A stretch of DNA of 24,000 bases, from assembly GCF_027853245.1 (NCBI RefSeq), contig NZ_JAPTZM010000006.1. The stretch is one strand, 5' to 3'. The notes under the pieces are model-generated. The model did not search any database. It saw only the letters and a program-made list of their open reading frames with translations, and was not told where the DNA came from. Position numbers and translations under genes: made by a program. Origin of the DNA: Atlantibacter subterraneus (GTDB taxonomy: Bacteria > Pseudomonadota > Gammaproteobacteria > Enterobacterales > Enterobacteriaceae). This document shows, one piece after another, positions 8,929 to 24,000 of this stretch (position 1 is the first letter of the stretch; each line of letters begins with the position of its first letter).

Positions 8929-10170
8929 TGACTGCGCCGCTTGCGGCGCAGGTTGACGGAAGCGGCGCAGTTCATTGAGCAGCAGCGCCAGCAGTACCCC
9001 CATCACCGCCAGCCCCAGACCGCTGACGCTTGCCGAGGCGGCTGGCGTCAGCAGCGTCCCGAAGGCCCCCAGCAGTGCCGCGCCAATGGCATCCCCGGTC
9101 ACGTTCTGCGCCGTCCACAGCCCGTTAATGCGCCCCAGCATGTCATCCGGCGTTTGAGTTTGGATCAGGGTGTACTGCAACAGCGAGCTGATGGCGCTGA
9201 GATAGCCGAACAGCGCAAGGCACACCACCGCCAGCCCCCATAGCGGCATTACGCCAAACGCGCCCACTGCCAGGAAGGCCGCCACGGTGGTCGCCAGCAT
9301 CACTCTGCCCGGCATCGCGGTATGGGCGATGCGCCCGCTGGTCAGCGCCCCCAGCGCCGCGCCGAGCGGAACGGCGGCGTATAAAAACCCAATCTGGCTG
9401 GCGGACATCTGCCAGTGATTCGCCAGCGCCGGATACAGCACCCGCACCGCGCTCGCCATGGTCAATAATGCCCCCACCAGCGCCACGCCGCCGATCAGCG
9501 GATTACTCAACAGAAAGCGAAACGCCTGCAACAGAGCGCGCAGCGGGTGTTCGCGCTGCATCTGCGGGGCGGGCATACGCGGCAGGCTGAACAGCGGGAT
9601 CAGCGTGATAAAGGTGCCCATCGCCGCCAGACCAAAGTTCCACGCCACGCCGCCGCTTGCCAACAGCAGCCCGCCAATCATCGGGGCGATGACCGAACCG
9701 AGGCGCACCGTCAGCATGGTGATCGCCCCCGCCTGCATCACGTTCTCGCGCCCCACCAGGCCCGGCGTGGCGGCCAGCAGTGCCGTGACGCCAATCGCGC
9801 CGAAAAAGCCATCCCACAGTCCCAGCAGATAAATCGCCATTAAAGAGGGTTCCGGCAGCAGGGCGTTAATAAACAGCCCGATAAACCCCAGGCCGCAGGT
9901 GGAGCGGGCGATTAGGATCAGCCGCTTGCGCTCGTGACGGTCCGCCAGCACGCCGCCGGAAATCAATCCGATAAACATCGCTCCGCCGGTCAGGGTGACC
10001 GCCAGCCCCACCAGCCACGGCGAGCCGGTCAGGGTTTGGATCTGCACCGGCACGGCCACGCCCAGTAGTCCCAGCGAAACAATGGAAATAAAGCGCGCCA
10101 GAAACACCGCCCGGAAAGCCGGATTGGTTTTGAGCAGGGAAAGATTGAGCAGCAGAGAATGTGGGTTCAT
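8923..10170 (-). CDS. entS: Enterobactin exporter EntS (MFS)
   Basis: The 415-aa product is collinear with E. coli EntS/YbdA ([38 protein letters not shown]...). It is a multi-pass hydrophobic protein. Confidence 0.93.
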   Translation of the reverse strand: MNPHSLLLNLSLLKTNPAFRAVFLARFISIVSLGLLGVAVPVQIQTLTGSPWLVGLAVTLTGGAMFIGLISGGVLADRHERKRLILIARSTCGLGFIGLFINALLPEPSLMAIYLLGLWDGFFGAIGVTALLAATPGLVGRENVMQAGAITMLTVRLGSVIAPMIGGLLLASGGVAWNFGLAAMGTFITLIPLFSLPRMPAPQMQREHPLRALLQAFRFLLSNPLIGGVALVGALLTMASAVRVLYPALANHWQMSASQIGFLYAAVPLGAALGALTSGRIAHTAMPGRVMLATTVAAFLAVGAFGVMPLWGLAVVCLALFGYLSAISSLLQYTLIQTQTPDDMLGRINGLWTAQNVTGDAIGAALLGAFGTLLTPAASASVSGLGLAVMGVLLALLLNELRRFRQPAPQAAQSS

Positions 10171-10243
10171 TACATGGCCTTAGAGCGGAATTTTTTCTTA
10201 CCGAATAACGGGGGCGTCATGCTAACATAGCCCCAATAAGAGT

Positions 10244-10262
10244 GATAATAACTATCATTACC
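10244..10262. promoter_or_regulatory. Fur box in the divergent entS/fepD promoter region
   Basis: GATAATAACTATCATTACC matches the Fur consensus at 15/19. It is centred in the 110-bp entS-fepD intergenic region, where E. coli has its Fur-controlled bidirectional promoter. Confidence 0.75.
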
Positions 10263-10280
10263 AATTGTGGAATATTTGTG

Positions 10281-11288
10281 ATGTCGCTTTTCCGGTTACC
10301 AGGGCGCACGGCTGCGCTGTTGGGCCTTATCATTTTGCTGCTACTGATGGCGGCGTTAAGCCTGTCGATTGGCGCAAAGCCGATTGAATTCTCCGTTGTG
10401 CTGGACGCGCTAAGCGGCCAGTGTCAAAGCCCCGACTGCACCATCGTGCGCGATGTGCGCCTGCCCCGCACCCTGGCGGGATTACTGGCGGGCTGCGCGC
10501 TGGGCGTAGCGGGCGCGCTGATGCAAACGCTGACCCGCAATCCCCTCGCCGACCCCGGCCTGCTGGGCGTTAATTCCGGTGCCAGTTTCGCCATCGTGGT
10601 CGGCACCGCGCTGTTAGGCCTCTCTTCCCCGATGATGCTGCTGGCCCTCGCCTTTGGCGGCGCGATGGCGGCCTCGCTGGTGGTGGCATTTACCGGCAGT
10701 GCGGGCGGCGGGCAGCTTAGCCCGGTGCGCCTGACGCTGGCGGGCGTGGCGCTGGCGGCGGTGCTGGAAGGGTTGTCCAGCGGGATCGCGCTGCTAAATC
10801 CGGTGGTGTATGACCAGCTGCGTTTCTGGCAGTCCGGCTCGCTGGATATCCGCACTCTGATGACCCTGAAAGTGGTGCTGGCCCCGGTGCTAATCGGCCT
10901 GTTAATTGCGCTACTGCTGGCCCGGTCGTTAAACAGCCTGAGCATGGGCAGCGATACCGCTACCGCGCTGGGCAGCCGCGTCGCGCGGACTCAACTGTCT
11001 GGACTGGTGGCGATTACCCTGCTGTGCGGCAGCGCGACCGCACTGGTCGGCCCGATCGCCTTTATCGGCCTGATGATGCCCCACCTGTCGCGCTGGCTGG
11101 TGGGGCAGGATCACCGCTGGTCGCTGCCCGCTACGCTGCTGGCAACGCCGCTGTTACTGCTGCTGGCGGATATTATTGGCCGCGTCATCGTACCGGGCGA
11201 AATCCGCGTCTCGGTAGTGAGCGCCTTTATCGGCGCGCCGGTGCTGATTTATCTGGTGCGCCGTCGGCGTAATGGAGTGACGCTATGA
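10281..11288 (+). CDS. fepD: Ferric enterobactin ABC transporter permease FepD
   Basis: The product is collinear with E. coli FepD (SLLIGAK......VL.A.SG.CQS.DCTIV.D.RLPRTLAGLLAG.ALG.AGALMQTLTRNPLADPGLLGVN). ATG 10281 was chosen because the ORF-track GTG 10242 lies inside the Fur box and adds a non-homologous extension. Confidence 0.9.
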   Translation: MSLFRLPGRTAALLGLIILLLLMAALSLSIGAKPIEFSVVLDALSGQCQSPDCTIVRDVRLPRTLAGLLAGCALGVAGALMQTLTRNPLADPGLLGVNSGASFAIVVGTALLGLSSPMMLLALAFGGAMAASLVVAFTGSAGGGQLSPVRLTLAGVALAAVLEGLSSGIALLNPVVYDQLRFWQSGSLDIRTLMTLKVVLAPVLIGLLIALLLARSLNSLSMGSDTATALGSRVARTQLSGLVAITLLCGSATALVGPIAFIGLMMPHLSRWLVGQDHRWSLPATLLATPLLLLLADIIGRVIVPGEIRVSVVSAFIGAPVLIYLVRRRRNGVTL

Positions 11289-12274
11289 GCCTCTCCCCTC
11301 GCCTGTTAATTGTGCTGGCGCTGTTTTACCTGGCGGCGGCGGCGATGTCGGTGTGGAGTTTATCCAGCGGCGCGCTGCCGCTTTCCGCATCGCAGGTGAT
11401 GAGCGCGCTGCTGGGCGACGGCCCGCGCCAGATTTCGCTCGTGGTAGTGGAATGGCGGTTGCCGCGGGTATTAATGGCGCTGGTGATTGGCGCGGCGCTC
11501 GGCGTCAGCGGGGCAATCTTCCAGTCGCTGATGCGCAACCCGCTGGGCAGCCCGGACGTAATGGGCTTTAACATGGGCGCGTGGAGCGGGGTGCTGATTG
11601 CCATGGTGCTGTTCGGCCAGAGCTTAAGCGCCATCACCCTGGCGGCGCTCGGCGGCGGTATCGTGACCTCGCTGCTGGTGTGGGCGCTGGCCTGGCGCAA
11701 CGGCATCGACACCTTCCGGCTGATTATTATCGGTATCGGCATGCGCGCCATGCTGGTGGCGTTCAATACCTGGCTGTTGTTGCAGGCGTCGCTGGAGACC
11801 GCGCTGTCTGCCGAGATGTGGAACGCCGGGTCGCTCAACGGCCTGACCTGGGGCAAAACTTTTCCGGCGGTGCCGCTGATTGCTATCGCCCTGCTGGCGG
11901 CAGCCCTGCTGGTGCGCCGGATGCGGCTGCTGGAGATGGGCGATGACAGCGCCTGCGCGCTGGGCGTGGCGGTGGAGCGTTCACGGCTACTGCTGATGCT
12001 CACCGCCGTCACGCTCACCGCCGCCGCGACCGCGCTGGCCGGCCCAATTTCGTTTATCGCGCTGGTCGCGCCGCATATCGCCCGGCGCTTAAGCCTGACC
12101 TCGCGCTTTGGTTTATTGCAGTCGGCGTTGTGCGGCGGCACCTTGTTACTGGCCGCCGATTTATGCGCCCAGCGCCTGTTTACCCCCTACCAGCTTCCCG
12201 TAGGCGTTGTCACCGTCAGTATCGGCGGTATTTACCTCATCGCCTTGTTGATTCAGGAGTCCCGCAAGAGATGA
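11285..12274 (+). CDS. fepG: Ferric enterobactin ABC transporter permease FepG
   Basis: The 329-aa product is collinear with E. coli FepG (VEWRLPRVLMAL.IGAALGVSGAIFQSLMRNPLGSPDVMGFN.GAWSGVL). The start overlaps the fepD stop (ATGA at 11285-11288). Confidence 0.93.
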   Translation: MSLSPRLLIVLALFYLAAAAMSVWSLSSGALPLSASQVMSALLGDGPRQISLVVVEWRLPRVLMALVIGAALGVSGAIFQSLMRNPLGSPDVMGFNMGAWSGVLIAMVLFGQSLSAITLAALGGGIVTSLLVWALAWRNGIDTFRLIIIGIGMRAMLVAFNTWLLLQASLETALSAEMWNAGSLNGLTWGKTFPAVPLIAIALLAAALLVRRMRLLEMGDDSACALGVAVERSRLLLMLTAVTLTAAATALAGPISFIALVAPHIARRLSLTSRFGLLQSALCGGTLLLAADLCAQRLFTPYQLPVGVVTVSIGGIYLIALLIQESRKR

Positions 12275-13062
12275 CCCAGTCCCGCCTGCATGGCGCAACG
12301 CTGACGCTCGGCTATGGCAAAAAAATCATTGCCGAGTCGCTTAACGTATCGATTCCCGATGGCAAATTTACCGCCATTATCGGCCCAAACGGCTGTGGCA
12401 AATCGACGCTGCTGCGTACTTTAAGCCGCCTGATGAAGCCGCTAAACGGCCAGGTGTGGCTCGACGGCGAGCAAATCGAACGGTACGCCACCAAAGAGGT
12501 GGCGCGGCGCATCGGCTTACTGCCGCAAAACGCCAGCGCGCCCGGCGATATCACGGTGCAGGAACTGGTAAGCCGTGGCCGTTACCCGCATCAGCCGCTG
12601 TTTACCCGCTGGCGCGAAGAGGACGAGCGCGCCGTGAGCCGCGCCATGAAAGCCACCGGAATTGAAGCCCTCGCCAGCCAGAGCGTGGATACCCTGTCCG
12701 GCGGCCAGCGCCAGCGCGCCTGGATCGCCATGGTGCTGGCGCAGGAAACCTCGATCCTGCTGCTGGATGAACCCACCACCTGGCTGGATATCAGCCATCA
12801 AATCGATCTGCTGGAGCTGCTGAGCGCGCTGAATGAACAGCAGGGCTTTACCCTGGCGGCGGTGCTGCACGATCTCAACCAGGCGTGCCGCTATGCGAAC
12901 CATATTATCGCGCTGCGTGAAGGGGTGATTGTGGCACAAGGCGATCCGAAAGAGATTGTCACGGCGGAACTGATCGAACGCATCTACGGGATGCGCTGCA
13001 TGATTACTGACGATCCGGTGGCGGGCACACCGCTGGTGGTGCCGCTGGGACGGCGCGCATAG
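12271..13062 (+). CDS. fepC: Ferric enterobactin ABC transporter ATPase FepC
   Basis: Walker A GPNGCGKST, signature LSGGQRQR and Walker B LLLDEPT are present, and the product is collinear with E. coli FepC. ATG 12271 overlaps the fepG stop (ATGA). The ORF-track start 12130 is an out-of-context extension inside fepG. Confidence 0.93.
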   Translation: MTQSRLHGATLTLGYGKKIIAESLNVSIPDGKFTAIIGPNGCGKSTLLRTLSRLMKPLNGQVWLDGEQIERYATKEVARRIGLLPQNASAPGDITVQELVSRGRYPHQPLFTRWREEDERAVSRAMKATGIEALASQSVDTLSGGQRQRAWIAMVLAQETSILLLDEPTTWLDISHQIDLLELLSALNEQQGFTLAAVLHDLNQACRYANHIIALREGVIVAQGDPKEIVTAELIERIYGMRCMITDDPVAGTPLVVPLGRRA

Positions 13063-13070
13063 CCTGGTTT

Positions 13071-13091
13071 GGCCCTCTGGGTCAGAGGGCC
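13071..13091. terminator. Stem-loop between convergent fepC and ygjH (possible bidirectional terminator; no U-tract)
   Basis: GGCCCTCTG-GGT-CAGAGGGCC forms a perfect 9-bp stem. It fills most of the 34-bp gap between the two stop codons. Neither side has a T-run after the stem, so factor-independent termination is uncertain. Confidence 0.4.
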
Positions 13092-13096
13092 ATTGA

Positions 13097-13438
<342 letters not shown>

Positions 13439-13458
13439 TTAGTAAATATTTAGTAAAA
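13439..13458. repeat. Two direct copies of TTAGTAAA spaced 11 bp apart, at the ygjH SD/5' region
   Basis: TTAGTAAA occurs at 13439-13446 and 13450-13457. The second copy, extended to TTTAGTAAAA (13449-13458), is identical to the arm of the palindrome at 14726-14746. The first copy abuts and overlaps the ygjH Shine-Dalgarno. Confidence 0.5.
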
Positions 13459-13540
13459 TATATCAGCAAAATTTTTCCAGACCGCGCTTTGCCGATAAAA
13501 TTGTTAGTCGGGTCACGGTTTGGACTCTCCTGCGGTGATG

Positions 13541-13558
13541 AATAACCGCGCGGTTATT
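13541..13558. promoter_or_regulatory. Perfect 18-bp palindrome AATAACCGCGCGGTTATT in the ygjH-ebgR divergent region (function unknown)
   Basis: The sequence is self-complementary over all 18 nt and lies about 80-95 bp upstream of the ebgR start. A terminator is not expected between divergent genes, so a protein-binding site is more plausible. Confidence 0.35.
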
Positions 13559-13600
13559 TACTGAAAACAGATGCAGGAATGGCGGCTTGCTTTACAATGA

Positions 13601-14620
<1,020 letters not shown>

Positions 14621-14632
14621 TCCTGATTTCCC

Positions 14633-14669
14633 GCCGGATAGCGCCCGCGATTCCGGCTTCTTTGCTGTT
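14633..14669 (+). terminator. Weak terminator candidate after ebgR
   Basis: GCCGGA (14633-14638) pairs with TCCGGC (14652-14657), with a 13-nt loop, followed by TTCTTTGCTGTT. The stem is short and the loop long, so confidence is low. Confidence 0.3.
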
Positions 14670-14725
14670 CCTCCCGCCAACGCATTCTGTGATCGAGTTA
14701 AAGTAAATCATTCCCGACGGTTTTA

Positions 14726-14746
14726 TTTAGTAAAACTTTTACTAAA
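14726..14746. promoter_or_regulatory. Perfect 21-bp palindrome, candidate EbgR operator overlapping the ebgA promoter -10
   Basis: TTTAGTAAAA-C-TTTTACTAAA is a perfect inverted repeat 38-58 nt upstream of the ebgA ATG. It overlaps a TAAAAT -10-like hexamer (14743-14748). Dyad operators are typical of LacI-family repressors. Confidence 0.55.
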
Positions 14747-14765
14747 ATGCTAAGCAATTACTTAG

Positions 14766-18322
<3,557 letters not shown>

Positions 18323-18340
18323 TGACGCGTTATGCAACGC

Positions 18341-18376
18341 CGGGGGGCATCCCCCGGTTACCGCCCTTAACCGGGC
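18341..18376 (+). other. Two overlapping GC-rich stem-loops in the ebgC-ygjI spacer
   Basis: Hairpin A is CCGGGGG (18341-47), loop GCAT, CCCCCGG (18352-58). Hairpin B is CCCGGTTA (18354-61), a 7-nt loop, TAACCGGG (18369-76). They share 18354-18358 and so cannot form at the same time. Neither is followed by a U-tract. Confidence 0.4.
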
Positions 18377-18417
18377 GCTCTCTATCCTACAAACAACACA
18401 ACCCCCTTCAGCGGTAA

Positions 18418-23342
<4,925 letters not shown>

Positions 23343-23347
23343 TGCGC

Positions 23348-23375
23348 AGCCCTCTCCTCTTGCGGGGAGAGGGTT
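23348..23375. terminator. Stem-loop between convergent ygjK and entF (possible bidirectional terminator)
   Basis: CCCTCTCCTC (23350-59), loop TTGC, GGGGAGAGGG (23364-73): a 10-bp stem with one G-U, extendable by A-T/G-T pairs at 23348/49 and 23374/75. It occupies the 39-bp gap between the two stop codons. Only TT follows on the plus strand. Confidence 0.45.
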
Positions 23376-23381
23376 CCCGTC

Positions 23382-24000
23382 TTAGTTGTGATTTAACGCC
23401 CGCGCAATCGCCGGCCCAATCACCTCAAACACCTTCGGCGACACCACCTCCACATGCGCGCAATCCAGCGAATGCACCGTCATCTGGGTAAGCCAGTTTG
23501 ACCAGCCGTCGATCGCGCTCATACCGTTGGGTACGGTTTTTTCGGCCACAAACAGCGTGGTCGGCCCGCGGTACGGCAGGGTGTGCGCCGAAGTCAGCAG
23601 GCGGATAGCGTCTGCGTAGTTCCCTTCGATGGTGGAAAACAACCGCTCGCTGCCCTGCCCGCGCTGGGCGGCGATAAAGGCTTCACGCTCGCGTTCAATT
23701 TCCGCCAGCACTTCCGGGTCAGGCTGGTCGCCCTTCTGCGCCCAGTTTTGGGTTTCCGGCGGCCAGGTGTCGAGCAAGCCCAGCCAGGCCACCTGCTCCC
23801 CCGCCGCTTCGAGACGCGCCGCCAGATTTTGCGCCAGGGTGCCCCCCAGTGAGTAACCCAGCAGATAGTAAGGCCCGCTGGGCTGGGCGCGGCGCAGTTC
23901 GGCAAACTGCATTTCGCACAGATGATCGAAATCCCGCGCGCTCGCCATTGGGCCATCCGGGCGCGGTGACTGAATGCCGGTAATCGCCCACTGCGGGCCT
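23382..24000 (-). CDS. entF: Enterobactin NRPS EntF, C-terminal thioesterase domain only (5' part beyond the window)
   Basis: The minus-strand frame stays open from stop TAA (23382-84) to the window end. Translation upstream of the track's Met reads ...GPQWAITGIQSPRPDGPMASARDF..., which matches E. coli EntF ...PQWSIIGIQSPRPNGPM... The TE motifs GPYYLLGYSLGGTLAQ (GxSxG) and LGLLDTWPPETQNW are present. Confidence 0.93.
   Translation of the reverse strand, partial: GPQWAITGIQSPRPDGPMASARDFDHLCEMQFAELRRAQPSGPYYLLGYSLGGTLAQNLAARLEAAGEQVAWLGLLDTWPPETQNWAQKGDQPDPEVLAEIEREREAFIAAQRGQGSERLFSTIEGNYADAIRLLTSAHTLPYRGPTTLFVAEKTVPNGMSAIDGWSNWLTQMTVHSLDCAHVEVVSPKVFEVIGPAIARALNHN

Noticed and set aside
10242-10280. 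GTG 10242 as the fepD start
   Set aside because: The GTG lies inside the Fur box and promoter region. The extra residues (MIITIITNCGIFV) translate AT-rich regulatory DNA and are not homologous to FepD.
11326-12141. A 271-aa minus-strand ORF inside fepG, together with similar antisense ORFs in entE (4991-5716), ebgA (15249-15779, 15789-16541, 17295-17822), fepD (10424-10945) and ygjI (18754-19257, 18942-19514)
   Set aside because: All are antisense or out of frame to genes with full-length homologs. All have skewed Arg/Ala/Ser/Pro composition, and none has a plausible RBS.
12130-12270. A 47-codon N-terminal extension of the fepC ORF in the track
   Set aside because: The extension lies inside fepG in another frame and has no similarity to FepC. 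ATG 12271 matches the E. coli start region and forms an ATGA coupling overlap with fepG.
14688-14703. A possible CRP site upstream of ebgA (TGTGA-TCGAGT-TAAAG)
   Set aside because: Only the left half matches the TGTGA-N6-TCACA consensus; the right half matches at 2/5. That is not enough to call a site without comparative or experimental support.

Overview
This is an ordinary chromosomal window from an Enterobacteriaceae genome. High GC and roughly 70-90% protein similarity to E. coli K-12 orthologs suggest a Klebsiella-like organism, but that is inference. Every large ORF has a recognisable E. coli K-12 ortholog, recognised from memory of the protein sequences; no search was run. Gene order is: dsbG (5' truncated), ybdO (LysR regulator), ybdL (aminotransferase, minus), the enterobactin biosynthesis operon entC-entE-entB-entA-entH (minus, translationally coupled), fepB (plus), entS (minus), fepD-fepG-fepC (plus), then a 10.3-kb block ygjH(minus)-ebgR-ebgA-ebgC-ygjI-ygjJ-ygjK (plus), and finally the 3' end of entF (minus, thioesterase domain) running off the window. 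Three Fur-box-like operators sit in the two divergent promoter regions (entC/fepB and entS/fepD). I found no tRNA/rRNA, CRISPR, IS/transposase/integrase genes, phage genes or obvious pseudogenes, and no new gene family. The points worth a second look are modest. (1) The ygjH-ebg-ygjIJK block sits inside the enterobactin cluster where E. coli and Salmonella carry fepE, and it is bracketed by two stem-loops with similar stem sequences. (2) ebgRAC-ygjIJK looks like one envelope-spanning catabolic module whose natural substrate is still unknown. (3) A perfect 21-bp AT-rich palindrome lies upstream of ebgA, and its 10-mer arm recurs at the ygjH 5' end. (4) An unexplained 18-bp perfect palindrome lies between ygjH and ebgR. 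(5) The fepB operator and start codon are unusually close together. The long antisense ORFs in the track are GC-rich shadow ORFs.
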